Part shown: positions 52,559 to 63,417 of the stretch, in pieces
Position numbering within the stretch: the first letter of the stretch is position 1
Layout: each line of letters opens with the position of its first letter
Source: an uncultured bacterium
GTDB taxonomy: Bacteria; Oederibacteriota; PGYV01; CAWJRG01
Length of the DNA: 64,000 nucleotides
Direction: 5' to 3'
Assembly (NCBI GenBank): GCA_963845185.1
Contig: CAWJRG010000009.1
Location: 64,001 to 128,000 of the forward strand
The notes under the pieces: model-generated
The model's database searches: none
Told to the model about the DNA's origin: nothing
Seen by the model: only the letters and a program-made list of their open reading frames with translations
Position numbers and translations under genes: made by a program

Positions 52559-54126
52559 GCAAGAAAATTTTTATTTACGATACGACGCTGCGTGACGGGG
52601 CTCAAGGGGCAAAAATATCATTAACGGCCGAGGATAAACTCGTTATAGCAAAAAAACTCGACGAGCTTGGCGTGGATTATATTGAAGGCGGATGGCCCGT
52701 AAAGGGCGTAAATGAAAAAGACATGGAGTTTTTCAGGAAAGTAAAAAAACTGAAATTAAAGAGCGCAAAAATAGCGGCTTTCGGCAGCACGAGAAGGGTT
52801 AAAAATAAAGTAAACCGGGACCCGTTTTTAAATACTCTGATTGAGGCAGACACGCCGGTAATAACAATATTCGGCAAAACATGGGACCTGCATGTGCAAA
52901 AGGTTTTAAATACAACAAACGGGGAAAATTTAAAGATAATAAGGGAATCAGTCGGGTATTTGAAAAGCAAGGGCAGGGAAATCATATTCGACGCCGAGCA
53001 TTTTTTTGACGGATTCAGGGCAAACCCGGAATACGCGCTCTTGTGCCTGAAAGCTGCGGAAGAAGGCGGTGCCGACTGGATAGTGCTGTGCGATACAAAC
53101 GGCGGCACAACCGTAAGTGAAATGGACAGGATTACAAAAGATGTGGCTGAAAATGTGGAAATCCCCCTGGGAATACACACGCACAACGATTCGGAACTTG
53201 CGGTGGCAAACAGCATAATTGCCGTAAACAACGGGTATACCCAGGTACAGGGAACCATCAACGGGTTCGGAGAACGCTGCGGGAACGCGAATCTTGTATC
53301 GATAATGCCCATACTTACATTGAAAATGGATTACGAAACAATACCTGAAAAGAATTTCAAAAAGCTTTCGGAAGTATCGCATTATATATATGATATAGCC
53401 AATATCCCGCCGAATGACAGCCAGCCTTTTGTGGGTAAAAACGCGTTTTCACATAAAGCCGGGGTTCATGCGGACGCGGTGATGAAAGAAAAAACATCTT
53501 ATGAACATATGGAGCCTTCGAAAGTCGGAAATCAGAGGCAGATTCTTATTTCGGACCAGGCTGGAATGTCAAGCCTCTTATACAAGGCAAAGGAACTGGG
53601 CGTCAGGCTTAAAAGAGAAGAGGAGAAAACAAGAGCGCTTATACTGGACATCAAGAACAAAGAAGCCGCAGGATACGAGTATGAAGGAGCGGACGCGTCG
53701 CTTGAACTTTATATTAGAAAGTATGTCTCGGGGAAAAAAGCTTTTTTTGAGCTTGACGGATATAAAGTAATTGTGGAGGAACACAGGGGAGAGATTTTTA
53801 CCGAGGCGACCGTGAAAATAAAAGTAAACGGCGAGACCGCGCATACCGTGTCCGAGGGCAACGGACCTGTAAACGCGCTGGATAATTCCCTGCGCAAAGC
53901 CATTTCGAAATTTTACAAAAATATCAATGAAATCAGGCTTGTGGATTTCAAAGTACGCGTTATAGAAGGCTCTTCGGGCACAGGCGCGAAAGTCAAGGTT
54001 TTTATTGAAAGTTCCGACAAAAAGGATGTCTGGACAACGGTTGGCGTATCTGAAAATATGATTGAGGCTAGCTGGATGGCGCTTGTTGACAGCATGGAAT
54101 ATAAGATTATGAAAGACAAAAAATAA
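52555..54126 (+). CDS. cimA: Citramalate synthase
   Basis: DTTLRDGAQ, YIEGGWP, FDAEHFFDG, HTHND, GERCGNANL, GNGPVNALD, WTTVGVSEN. Confidence 0.9.
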   Translation: MSKKIFIYDTTLRDGAQGAKISLTAEDKLVIAKKLDELGVDYIEGGWPVKGVNEKDMEFFRKVKKLKLKSAKIAAFGSTRRVKNKVNRDPFLNTLIEADTPVITIFGKTWDLHVQKVLNTTNGENLKIIRESVGYLKSKGREIIFDAEHFFDGFRANPEYALLCLKAAEEGGADWIVLCDTNGGTTVSEMDRITKDVAENVEIPLGIHTHNDSELAVANSIIAVNNGYTQVQGTINGFGERCGNANLVSIMPILTLKMDYETIPEKNFKKLSEVSHYIYDIANIPPNDSQPFVGKNAFSHKAGVHADAVMKEKTSYEHMEPSKVGNQRQILISDQAGMSSLLYKAKELGVRLKREEEKTRALILDIKNKEAAGYEYEGADASLELYIRKYVSGKKAFFELDGYKVIVEEHRGEIFTEATVKIKVNGETAHTVSEGNGPVNALDNSLRKAISKFYKNINEIRLVDFKVRVIEGSSGTGAKVKVFIESSDKKDVWTTVGVSENMIEASWMALVDSMEYKIMKDKK

Positions 54127-54133
54127 TTTTTAA

Positions 54134-54161
54134 GTAGAGGCACGCTATGGCGTGTCTCTAC
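54134..54161. repeat. GTAG-type REP-like palindrome
   Basis: GTAGAGGCACGC-TATG-GCGTGTCTCTAC. Confidence 0.7.
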
Positions 54162-54181
54162 AATGAAAAACAGGTGATAAT

Positions 54182-55306
54182 ATGAAATCGGAAGTTTATT
54201 TCACCCGCGTTGGCGCGCAGAATTTTAACGACAGCATACTCGACAGGCTGGTCAAAATGTTTGACAGGGTCGGGGCGGGAAGCATAATAAAACAAAATGA
54301 ATTTGTGGCAATAAAAGCCCATTTTGGCGAGGAAGGCAACGTGAGTTTTGTCAGCCCTGTTTATTACAGGGCCATAGCCGACAGGATAAAAAACTGCGGA
54401 GGCACGCCTTTTTTAACCGATACCAACACGCTTTATGTGGGTGAAAGGAACCATGCTGTAAAACACCTGAATGTCGCAATAAAGCACGGTTTTTCTTTCG
54501 CGACCATAGGCGCGCCTGTAATAATAGCCGACGGCCTGTTAGGCACGGATTTCATAGAGGTTCCTGTAAATAAAAGGCATGTAAAAAAAGCAAAAATTGC
54601 GTCTGCGGTTTACTGGGCGGATTCAATGGTGGTCGTAACCCACTGCAAGGGGCACATGATAACAGGAATGGGAGGCGCCATAAAAAATGTAGGGATGGGC
54701 TGCGCGGCCAGGGCGGGCAAACAGGAACAGCATTCCGGCACGCATCCGAAAGTGCTGAATAAAAAATGCACGGGCTGCAAACTTTGCGCGGAGTGGTGCA
54801 ATTTTCAGGCGATATCAATAATTGACGGTAAGGCTTTTATTGACGAGAAAAAATGCTCGGGCTGCGGCGAATGCATAGCAGTCTGCAGGTTTGACGCGAT
54901 TGACTCGAGGTGGGATGCTGAAGCCCCGCTTATGCAGGAAAAAATGGTCGAGTACGCCTACGCTGCCCTGCAAAATAAAAAGGATAAGGTTGTATATTTT
55001 AATTTTGTTATGAATGTTACTCCTGAATGCGACTGCATGCCTTCGTCGGATAATTTTTTAATACCTGATATTGGCATTCTGGCGTCTTTTGACCCTGTGG
55101 CGATAGACGCCGCGTCAATTGACGTAATCAACAAGGCAAAAACCATAAACGAGAATGTAAGCGATAAAAAAGGTTATGATTTAAGGCACAGTGAAAAGGA
55201 TAAATTTAAAATGGTTCATCCTGATATAGACTGGAAGTACCAGATAAACTACGCGGCAGAACTGGGCCTCGGCAACAAGGATTATGAACTGCTGGAAGTA
55301 AAATAA
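54182..55306 (+). CDS. DUF362 family Fe-S protein with 2x4Fe-4S ferredoxin domain
   Basis: AIKAHFGE, TDTNTLY, HCKGH..GGAIKN, CxxCxxCxxxC twice, CDC, DPVAID. Confidence 0.88.
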   Translation: MKSEVYFTRVGAQNFNDSILDRLVKMFDRVGAGSIIKQNEFVAIKAHFGEEGNVSFVSPVYYRAIADRIKNCGGTPFLTDTNTLYVGERNHAVKHLNVAIKHGFSFATIGAPVIIADGLLGTDFIEVPVNKRHVKKAKIASAVYWADSMVVVTHCKGHMITGMGGAIKNVGMGCAARAGKQEQHSGTHPKVLNKKCTGCKLCAEWCNFQAISIIDGKAFIDEKKCSGCGECIAVCRFDAIDSRWDAEAPLMQEKMVEYAYAALQNKKDKVVYFNFVMNVTPECDCMPSSDNFLIPDIGILASFDPVAIDAASIDVINKAKTINENVSDKKGYDLRHSEKDKFKMVHPDIDWKYQINYAAELGLGNKDYELLEVK

Positions 55307-55340
55307 TTTCGGAGTTTAAGATTTTAAACGGAGGTCGATT

Positions 55341-56135
55341 TTGAACAACAAAGGCATCGGCGTATTTGACTCAGGGCTCGGCGGATTGACGGTTGTAAAA
55401 GAAATAATGAATCTATTGCCGAAGGAGCAGATATTTTACATGGGAGATACAGCGCGGTTTCCGTACGGGACCAAGACAAAGGAAACTATAGTAAAATTTT
55501 CAAAGGAAATAACCGCTTTCCTCTTAAGAAAAAATGTAAAAATGATAGTTGTTGCATGCAATACATCGTCGGCGTTGGCTTTAAAAGAGCTGAAAAAGGC
55601 TTTTAAAATAGATATTATCGGCGTAATCGAAGCAGGGGCCAGGTCGGCTGTGGAGGTTACGAATAACAGAAAAATAGGCCTTATTGGAACAAGGGCAACA
55701 ATAGGAAGCGGCGCATATCGGGAAGCAATAAGAAAATATGACCCGAAGGTTAAAGTGTTTGTGAAAGCAACTCCTCTTTTGGTACCGCTTGTTGAGGAAG
55801 GCTGGCTTAATAATAAGATAACAGAAATGATCCTTGCGAATTATTTAAAAGATTTCAGGGAAAAGCAGATAGACACGCTTGTTTTAGGATGCACACATTA
55901 CCCGCTCTTAAAACCGCTTATAAGGAAAATACTGCCAAAAGTAAATATAATAGACTCGGCAAGGGAAATGGCAAAAACAGTGCGGGCGCTGCTGGAGGCC
56001 CGTGATATGACAGCATCAAAAAATAACAGGAAAAAATCAGCTTTTTTTGTTACCGATACGCCGGAAACATTTAATAAAATAGGCAGGATGTTTTTAAAAA
56101 AGGACATGATAGAAGCACAAAGAATAAGAATTTAA
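55341..56135 (+). CDS. murI: Glutamate racemase
   Basis: FDSGLGGL, PYG, ACNT, LGCTHYP. Confidence 0.95.
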   Translation: MNNKGIGVFDSGLGGLTVVKEIMNLLPKEQIFYMGDTARFPYGTKTKETIVKFSKEITAFLLRKNVKMIVVACNTSSALALKELKKAFKIDIIGVIEAGARSAVEVTNNRKIGLIGTRATIGSGAYREAIRKYDPKVKVFVKATPLLVPLVEEGWLNNKITEMILANYLKDFREKQIDTLVLGCTHYPLLKPLIRKILPKVNIIDSAREMAKTVRALLEARDMTASKNNRKKSAFFVTDTPETFNKIGRMFLKKDMIEAQRIRI

Positions 56136-56156
56136 TCAATTTCAGGGGCAAAATTT

Positions 56157-56522
56157 ATGTACGAATTGATGATAAAAGATGATTTTTCTGCGGCCCACAG
56201 CCTCCGGCATTACAGCGGAAAGTGCGAACATTTACACGGCCACAATTATATTGTTGAATTATATATAGAAAAGGAAAAACTGGATAAAACCGGTTTGGCA
56301 GTGGATTTTGTGATTTTAAAGAAGAAACTAAAAAAAATTCTTAATTCCCTTGACCACAAATATTTGAACAAGGACTGCGCATACTTCAAGAAAAACAATC
56401 CGTCTGCGGAAAATATAGCTAAATTTATTTATGACTCAATGAAATCTCAAATAAAAGGAACTAGATCCATGAAAGTGTGCGTTAATGAATCGGAAAACGC
56501 GCGGGCTTGTTATTACGAATAA
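56157..56522 (+). CDS. queD: 6-carboxytetrahydropterin synthase
   Basis: FSAAH..CEHLHGHNY..DHKYLN..PSAENIA. Confidence 0.92.
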   Translation: MYELMIKDDFSAAHSLRHYSGKCEHLHGHNYIVELYIEKEKLDKTGLAVDFVILKKKLKKILNSLDHKYLNKDCAYFKKNNPSAENIAKFIYDSMKSQIKGTRSMKVCVNESENARACYYE

Positions 56523-56572
56523 TAATTTAAAATTGAGGATTATGCAGTATTTAATCCTTCCGGAGGAAATAA

Positions 56573-57301
56573 ATGCGCAAAGACGGGCGAAAGAATAATG
56601 AATTAAGACAGGTAAAGATAACCCGGAATTATACAAAATACGCCGAGGGTTCGGTTTTAATCGAGTTCGGGGAAACAAGAGTGCTTTGCAATGCAAGCGT
56701 TGCAAATGAAGTGCCTCCTTTTTTGAAAAACCATGGCACGGGCTGGGTAACCGCAGAATATGCAATGCTGCCAAGGGCAACAAATGTGCGTGTGCCAAGG
56801 GAAGGCGCCAGAGGAAAAATAAGCGGCAGGAGCCAGGAAATACAGCGGTTGATTGGCAGGGCATTAAGAGGCGTAACAGACCTAAAAAAAATAGGCGAGA
56901 GAACAGTGACCATAGACGCTGATGTTATTCAGGCCGATGGCGGGACAAGAACAGCAGCAATAACCGGTGCGTATATAGCTTTGCATGACGCTTTTGAAAA
57001 AATGATTAAAAAAGGGCATATAAAACAAAATCCTCTTAAAAATTATGTAGCAGCCGTAAGCGTAGGAGTTGTAAAAGGCGAGGTAATGCTGGATTTGGAT
57101 TACAGCGAGGATTCGTCAGCTGATGTCGACATGAATGTTGTGATGACTGATGAAAATGAATTTGTCGAAGTCCAGTCAACCGGCGAAAAGAAAACTTTTT
57201 CAGAAAAACAGTTGAGGGAACTTTTGAAAATAGCCAAGAAGGGTCTAAAAGAACTTATAATTATGCAAAAGAAGACGATAAATACCGTTTCGCGGGCTTG
57301 A
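56573..57301 (+). CDS. rph: Ribonuclease PH
   Basis: [28 protein letters not shown]. Confidence 0.96.
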   Translation: MRKDGRKNNELRQVKITRNYTKYAEGSVLIEFGETRVLCNASVANEVPPFLKNHGTGWVTAEYAMLPRATNVRVPREGARGKISGRSQEIQRLIGRALRGVTDLKKIGERTVTIDADVIQADGGTRTAAITGAYIALHDAFEKMIKKGHIKQNPLKNYVAAVSVGVVKGEVMLDLDYSEDSSADVDMNVVMTDENEFVEVQSTGEKKTFSEKQLRELLKIAKKGLKELIIMQKKTINTVSRA

Positions 57302-57370
57302 ACTGCTTGAGGTAGTTATAAAATCATTATTCTGTCATACCGCTGTAAAACAGGAGGATAAGGAAAGTAA

Positions 57371-57991
57371 ATGGATGTAGTACTTGCCTCAAATAACAAA
57401 AACAAAATAAAGGAAATAAAACCAATTCTTAAAAATATGAAAATCCGCTGCTTTTCGCTTACTGAGGCTGGACTTAATATTAGTATAAGGGAAACAGGAG
57501 AAACACTAAAGGAGAATGCTGCGATAAAAGCCAGGGCAGTCCGGAAATATATAAAAGACAAGATAATAATTGCCGACGACACTGGATTGGAAGTTGATTA
57601 TCTGGCAGGCGCTCCCGGAGTATATTCAGCGCGTTTTGCAGGGCCTAAATGCTCATATTTGCATAACAATATAAAACTGCTAAAACTCATGAAAGACGTG
57701 CCAAAAAAAGAGAGAAAGGCGGTTTTTAAAACCGTTATATATATAATATTTCCAAATGGTTCCGAAAAATCCGTAACCGGCACAGTAAAGGGCTATATTG
57801 CGGAAAAAATGGCGGGAAACAATGGTTTTGGCTATGACCCTGTTTTTTATGTGCCGGAATTAAAAAGAACATACGCCGAACTCAGCCTGCTCCAGAAAAA
57901 CAGGATTTCACACAGAATGAAGGCAATAATAGCAGCAGGAAGCATGATAAATAAGTATAAAAGGGATGGTAGGATAAGGCCAAAAGGGTGA
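57371..57991 (+). CDS. rdgB: Non-canonical purine NTP pyrophosphatase
   Basis: ADDTGL, PGVYSAR, GFGYDP, KNRISHR. Confidence 0.95.
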   Translation: MDVVLASNNKNKIKEIKPILKNMKIRCFSLTEAGLNISIRETGETLKENAAIKARAVRKYIKDKIIIADDTGLEVDYLAGAPGVYSARFAGPKCSYLHNNIKLLKLMKDVPKKERKAVFKTVIYIIFPNGSEKSVTGTVKGYIAEKMAGNNGFGYDPVFYVPELKRTYAELSLLQKNRISHRMKAIIAAGSMINKYKRDGRIRPKG

Positions 57992-58123
57992 TTGAAAAGT
58001 TAATTCAAAACACTATTTACAAGGGGGAAATAGTTTATTTGCTTCTTATTCTAATAGTAAAAAAACTAAACTTTGCCTGCGGATTATCGTTTAAGACTTT
58101 CGCCGGATAAAATGATTTTTTTC

Positions 58124-58152
58124 TTGACAAATTTTTTTTAATACTATATTAT
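58124..58152 (+). promoter_or_regulatory. Sigma70-type promoter
   Basis: TTGACA-17 nt-TATTAT. Confidence 0.5.
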
Positions 58153-58221
58153 TTAATACATATCCAGGTTATGTAAGTAATTTTTTTATTTGAAACCAAT
58201 AGCACAAGTCTTGGAGGAGAT

Positions 58222-59262
58222 ATGAAACGCATAAGCTTAATAATGATATTATTTTTTTCCGCAACTTTGTTTTTGACATATAGCGCAGATAATGTTTATG
58301 CAAAAACAAAAAGGAAACATCATCATCTAAAGTCCTCAAAAAAACACACACAAAAGTCAATAGTTAATGGGAATTCATCGAGAAAGCTTGCAGGCGGGGG
58401 AACCGATTATAAAGTTGGGGCAAATATAATTGGAGTGGCTGACGATAATTTGAAGGAATTTACCTATATTGATATGGGTTCTACTCAAGGTGTTAAAAAC
58501 GGAGACAGATTTTTGGTACAGGGCAAGTATGGAAAAATAATGGTAGAGGTTGTTCAGGCTTTTTCTAAAATGTCTTCTGTAAAAGTAGTAGATAGCTGGC
58601 TTTTGGCAGAAGGGGATAAGGCTTCTTTTATCCCTGAAAGCATGTATCCAAGGGTTAAAGTAAAAAAATATAATATAGTTGAATTGACTAAACCAAGGCA
58701 TAAAAAATTGGCAAAAAAGAAAAAAACAGGATCTGCGGTTAGCGCACAAGCAGTTGTTGCACCAGCAGTACCCGGAGGGGCGGAAACGCCGCCGGCAGCA
58801 ACCGGGATGGAAGCGCCTCCTGGGATGGAAGCACCAGCACCTGCAGCACCGCAAGCATCAGGAGCGCCTGCAGCGCCACCCACGGCAGAAGCACCGCCGG
58901 GAGCGCCTGGAATGGAAGCGCCTCCTGGGATGGAAGCACCAGCACCTGCAGCACCGCAAGCATCAGGGGCGCCTGCAGCGCCACCAACGGCAGAAGCACC
59001 GCCAGCATCACCCGGGATGGAAACACAGGAAATGCCAGGCATGGAGGCTCCTCCGTCTATGGAAACAACAGAGCCGCCATCGCAGGCAAACGCAGGAACG
59101 GCTCCGGCAAAGTCTAACGCGAATTCAGCACCACCGGCTGCGGAACCCGGATCGCCAGGCTCTGCACCAGTACCGCCTGATTTATCAGGCGCGCCGGCTC
59201 CGGAGAGTACTGGAGGAACAAATGCTCCTGCAGCGGGGGAAGCATTACCGCCTTTACAATAA
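58222..59262 (+). CDS. Exported protein with basic segment, small beta domain (FlgT C-terminal-like) and Pro/Ala-rich tail
   Basis: Signal peptide; YIDMGSTQGVKNGDRFLV; low-complexity tail. Confidence 0.65.
   Translation: MKRISLIMILFFSATLFLTYSADNVYAKTKRKHHHLKSSKKHTQKSIVNGNSSRKLAGGGTDYKVGANIIGVADDNLKEFTYIDMGSTQGVKNGDRFLVQGKYGKIMVEVVQAFSKMSSVKVVDSWLLAEGDKASFIPESMYPRVKVKKYNIVELTKPRHKKLAKKKKTGSAVSAQAVVAPAVPGGAETPPAATGMEAPPGMEAPAPAAPQASGAPAAPPTAEAPPGAPGMEAPPGMEAPAPAAPQASGAPAAPPTAEAPPASPGMETQEMPGMEAPPSMETTEPPSQANAGTAPAKSNANSAPPAAEPGSPGSAPVPPDLSGAPAPESTGGTNAPAAGEALPPLQ
58804..59019 (+). repeat. Intragenic tandem repeat, 105-bp period, two copies
   Basis: GMEAPPGMEAPAPAAPQASGAPAAPPTAEAPP occurs twice. 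Confidence 0.9.
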
Positions 59263-59318
59263 ATATAAGGGAATTAAAATAGGATATTATTAAAATTTTT
59301 AAAAAGGAGCGTGGAAAG

Positions 59319-60023
59319 ATGAAAGCAAAATTTTTTACAAAAGGTTTGGTTTTTTTGATCGCTGTTATTGTTCTTAGCGGAACCTTATTTGCCGCAGATG
59401 CCCAAAAGGCAAAACAGTATCTGGATTACGGGAATAAATACCTCAGCGCAAAACAATATGACAATGCCATAAAGTACTATCAATACAGTTTAAAACTCAA
59501 TCCCACTGATTCCGGGTATTATGCCCTTGGTATGGCATATTATTATAAAGGGCAGAAGCCGGAAGCGCTGAATTCTTTTCAATATGCTTTGAAAACCAAT
59601 CCGAATAATGCCAATGCAAAAAAGATGGTTGATTATCTGCAAAAGAGCGTCGGAGGCGGCGGGGGCGGCAATACGCAGGCACAGCAATATCTTGCGGCAG
59701 GGACCAAATATTTAAACGCAAAGCAGTATGATTATGCCATAAAATATTATGAAGCAAGCATAAAGATTGAGCCTACATACCAGGCATATCAATATCTTGG
59801 GACAGCTTATTATTATAAGGGAGATAATGACAAAGCAATCGAAGCATTTAATAATTCTCTTAAATTAAATCCGGACAATCCTGCCGTAAAAGGTGTACTT
59901 GCAAAACTTGGGGCAGGAGGTGGAACAACAGAGCAACCGAGAATTTCGAGCCAGATGGGAGTGCATCCTTTATTGCTGGCTGCTATTTTTGCAGGAGCAA
60001 TAGCGGCTTTGTTTCTGTTTTAA
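59319..60023 (+). CDS. Exported TPR protein, internally duplicated, with C-terminal membrane anchor
   Basis: Two homologous AxQYL..KYLxAKQYD.AIKYY halves; hydrophobic C-terminus. Confidence 0.8.
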   Translation: MKAKFFTKGLVFLIAVIVLSGTLFAADAQKAKQYLDYGNKYLSAKQYDNAIKYYQYSLKLNPTDSGYYALGMAYYYKGQKPEALNSFQYALKTNPNNANAKKMVDYLQKSVGGGGGGNTQAQQYLAAGTKYLNAKQYDYAIKYYEASIKIEPTYQAYQYLGTAYYYKGDNDKAIEAFNNSLKLNPDNPAVKGVLAKLGAGGGTTEQPRISSQMGVHPLLLAAIFAGAIAALFLF

Positions 60024-60045
60024 TCAAATAGCAGTAAATAATATA

Positions 60046-60081
60046 AAAACAGGTGTGGGTAACAGTGCCCACACCTGTTTT
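60046..60081. terminator. Intrinsic terminator (bidirectional type)
   Basis: AAAACAGGTGTGGG-loop-CCCACACCTGTTTT. Confidence 0.8.
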
Positions 60082-60139
60082 AATTTAAGAAATAATTAAG
60101 TGAAAATTTTTTAAATAATTTTTTGTGGGGTATATCACG

Positions 60140-60898
60140 ATGGAAGGAACATCACCAAACAAACCGCGCCTTAAGCATTATGGCATAGGGCATATTAAAA
60201 GGCTTAAAGACAGGTTTATGCAGGATAAAGTTTCAAAATGCGAAATAATTGAACTGCTTTTAAGCTACGTGATAAAAGGCAGGGATGTAAAATCGCAGTC
60301 AAAAGAAATTTTTAAGTTAAGCAGGGGATGCTTTAAAAATGTTTTGGATATTGCAGGCGGAAATAAAAAAATCAAGGGAATAGGCGGGGAAACAGAAATA
60401 TTTTTTAGGTTAATTAAAAAATTTTTTGACTGCATGGAAGAGGAAAAGTTTGTAAACAAGAAATACTCGGTAAAAACACAAGGGGACGCAATTAAATATT
60501 TTAAAAACATATGTTTATCATCCGACAGGGAGGAAGTGCATGCCGTATTTCTTGACGCTAAAAACAAAATTACAGGCCATAAAAAGATAAGCGAGGGCAC
60601 GCTATCCCAGTCGCTCCTTTACCCGCGTGAAATAATAAAAGAAGCAATTTCGCGGGCGGCTTTAAGCATAATAATCCTGCATAACCATCCAAGCGGTGAT
60701 TCGTCACCTTCGGAAAACGATAAAAAGATAACAAAAAGAATGCTTTTCGCGGCAAGGGAAATGGATATTATGCTGCTTGACCATATAATAATAGGCACAG
60801 AAACAGGCGAAGGCGATAAAGGATATTACAGTTTTTATGAAGAAGGTTTGATTGATAAATACAGGGAAAATTACAGATATGTTATGGAAAAAGAGTGA
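60140..60898 (+). CDS. radC: RadC/UPF0758 JAB-domain protein
   Basis: GHIKRLKDRF, EIIELLL, YPREI, HNHPSG..PSEND, LLDHIII. Confidence 0.9.
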   Translation: MEGTSPNKPRLKHYGIGHIKRLKDRFMQDKVSKCEIIELLLSYVIKGRDVKSQSKEIFKLSRGCFKNVLDIAGGNKKIKGIGGETEIFFRLIKKFFDCMEEEKFVNKKYSVKTQGDAIKYFKNICLSSDREEVHAVFLDAKNKITGHKKISEGTLSQSLLYPREIIKEAISRAALSIIILHNHPSGDSSPSENDKKITKRMLFAAREMDIMLLDHIIIGTETGEGDKGYYSFYEEGLIDKYRENYRYVMEKE

Positions 60899-60987
60899 AA
60901 ATTTATTTTTAAGTGGAAGGCTTATTTAATTTTATTGGAAATGCGTTTTAAATATCATATGGGATTGCCTGCATCACCGCACCTGCT

Positions 60988-63252
60988 TTAAAATGCCAGG
61001 TTGTCTTCGTCTTCGGTTTCTTCGTGCGGCTTTTTTACCTTTGCTGGTTTTCCTGCCTTGCCTTTGACAGGCGTGCCCGTGGTATTTTCGCCGCTTTCCT
61101 CATCGGACGTGAAGTTATCGGTTGCGCCTGAGCCTTGTTCCAGGTCCTGGTTCAGGAAATTATTTACCTCAACGCCGCTATGCAGATTGCAATTTTCATG
61201 CGGTTCGGTGCCTTCAACAAATGGCGCATCTATGGGATTGGGGCAGTATTTTGTCGCAAGCATGCCGGTTTTACTGCAAATTTTCTTAAATATTATATTG
61301 TCAGGCACGGGAAATTCCTGGTTCTGATTTGGAAACGCGTTCATCATGAACTCGGCCCATAGCGGGGCGGCAATAACTCCACCGGTCATATTTTTACCGA
61401 GAGGCTCTTTGGTATCAAAGCCTATCCACACGCCGACAACAATGTCAGGCGTGAATCCAATAAACCAGGCATCAGTAAAATCATTTGTGGTCCCGGTCTT
61501 TCCCGCACATATTCCGTTATATCCCATGTTCCTTATTGTCTGGGCCGTGCCGCGGTTGATAACATTTTCAAGCATGAAAGTTATTATATATGCCGTGGTT
61601 TCAGGTATAGCTTCGCTGAGTTTTGGAGAATGCTGCTCTAGGACTTTTCCGCCGCTGTCGTTTACCGATAAAATCGAAAGAGGTTCGACATACATGCCGC
61701 CGTTTGCGAACGTGCAAAAGGAATTTGTTAATTCAAGCAACGACAGGCTTGACGTGCCGAGCCCCATGGTTAAATCAGCTATCAACGGGCTTTTTATGCC
61801 AAGGCGCCGAGCGTATTTTGCCACTGTATCTATGCCAATTTTATTTTCGAGTTTTACCGTAACCACGTTTTTGGAATGAGTAAGGCCGTTTAAAAGAATT
61901 GTAGGGCCTGAAAATTTTCCGTTGACATTTTCCGGTTTCCATTCAGAGCCATCGTCATTTTTAAAAACGATGGGGGAATCGAGGATAACGTCCGACACCC
62001 TGAATCCGTTGTCAATGGCCGAAGTGTAAACGATAGGTTTAAAAGCCGAGCCGGGCTGCCGTTTTGACTGCACGGCGCGGTTGAATTCACTTTTTGAATA
62101 ATCAATGCCGCCAATCATGGCCTTTATATAACCGGTATGCGGGTCTATGGCTATCAAAGCGCCCTGCAGGGGATATTCGAGTTTTTTATTGCGGTTTTTT
62201 TCAAACTGTTTCTGCAGTTCGTTTATGCGGGCATTGAATACTTCCTGTGCGGTATCCTGAAGGACTGAATCGATTGTAGTATAAACTTTCAGTCCTCCTT
62301 TGTATATTTCGCTGTTGCCGTATGTTGTCTCAAGCTGCTGCCGCACATATTCGACAAAATACGGTGCGTTTTTAACCTCCAGTTTATGAAGCTCAATAGG
62401 CGCTTTCTCAGCCGCTTCTTTTTCTTCCGGAGTTATGTAACCAAGCTCGGCCATTTTTTCAAGGACGAGATTCCTTTTCTCCGTTGCCACTTCCGGATGC
62501 TCATAGGGATTAAACTGGGAGGGGGCCTGGGGAAGTGCGGCAAGAGTGGCTGACTCGGGCAGGGTCAATTCGTCAACATGTTTGCCGAAAAAAGTCCTGG
62601 CAGCGGCTTCAACGCCGTAAGCGCCGTTGCCAAAATAAACCTGGTTGCAGTAAAGCTCCAGGATTTCCTTTTTTGTGTAATATTTTTCAACCTGCAGTGA
62701 AAGCAGGGCTTCCTTTATTTTTCTGGTGAATGTGCGTTCCTTTGTCAGGAATAAATTCCTGGCAAGCTGCTGGGTTATTGTAGAGCCGCCCTCAACTATT
62801 TTTCCGTGAACAAGATTATTGATGGAGGCCCTCATTATGCCTTTAACGTCTATACCGCTGTGCTGATAAAACCTGGGATCTTCCTTTGCTATTATGGCGT
62901 TCTGCAGATAAAGCGGAATCTGGTTTAATTTCACTATTGTCCTTTGCTCCGTGTAAAGCTGGGACACAAGGTTGCCGTTTATGTCATAAACAGCAGTGGT
63001 GAGGTTGGGTTTATAGTTGCGCAGGTCGGCTATTTCCGGGACTTCCTGCATATAGGCGAAAAAAATTCCCGCTACGGTACCGAGGATGATAAAGATTGTC
63101 AATATAATTCCAACAATAATCACTTTTACTGATTTATCCATGCCCGGTTTACGGGAAGGCGATGGTGCTTTTGGTTTGTTGGGCGGGGTTATATTTCCGG
63201 AACCAGAATCACCTGAAGCTCTTCCACTGTAAATGCTTCTATATTCAACCAC
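60988..63252 (-). CDS. Class A penicillin-binding protein (PBP1A family)
   Basis: EDPRFYQH, GGSTITQQL, RKIKE; QPGSAFK, SKN, KTG. Confidence 0.93.
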   Translation of the reverse strand: MVEYRSIYSGRASGDSGSGNITPPNKPKAPSPSRKPGMDKSVKVIIVGIILTIFIILGTVAGIFFAYMQEVPEIADLRNYKPNLTTAVYDINGNLVSQLYTEQRTIVKLNQIPLYLQNAIIAKEDPRFYQHSGIDVKGIMRASINNLVHGKIVEGGSTITQQLARNLFLTKERTFTRKIKEALLSLQVEKYYTKKEILELYCNQVYFGNGAYGVEAAARTFFGKHVDELTLPESATLAALPQAPSQFNPYEHPEVATEKRNLVLEKMAELGYITPEEKEAAEKAPIELHKLEVKNAPYFVEYVRQQLETTYGNSEIYKGGLKVYTTIDSVLQDTAQEVFNARINELQKQFEKNRNKKLEYPLQGALIAIDPHTGYIKAMIGGIDYSKSEFNRAVQSKRQPGSAFKPIVYTSAIDNGFRVSDVILDSPIVFKNDDGSEWKPENVNGKFSGPTILLNGLTHSKNVVTVKLENKIGIDTVAKYARRLGIKSPLIADLTMGLGTSSLSLLELTNSFCTFANGGMYVEPLSILSVNDSGGKVLEQHSPKLSEAIPETTAYIITFMLENVINRGTAQTIRNMGYNGICAGKTGTTNDFTDAWFIGFTPDIVVGVWIGFDTKEPLGKNMTGGVIAAPLWAEFMMNAFPNQNQEFPVPDNIIFKKICSKTGMLATKYCPNPIDAPFVEGTEPHENCNLHSGVEVNNFLNQDLEQGSGATDNFTSDEESGENTTGTPVKGKAGKPAKVKKPHEETEDEDNLAF

Positions 63253-63417
63253 TTTTTCGCTCCTTATACTTGATTTTTTTTTGAAAACAAACTCTATTTT
63301 AGTGTATTTTTACAAGGAATTCAACAGGAAAATGAGCAGAGGAAAATACAGCTTGAATAATAAACTGAAATTTGTTATATAATAGTGCATCAGTTTTATG
63401 ATTTTAAAATTACAAGT

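Noticed and set aside
60140..60898. radC as a marker of an integrative element
   Set aside because: Full-length chromosomal type among housekeeping genes; no integrase or conjugation genes
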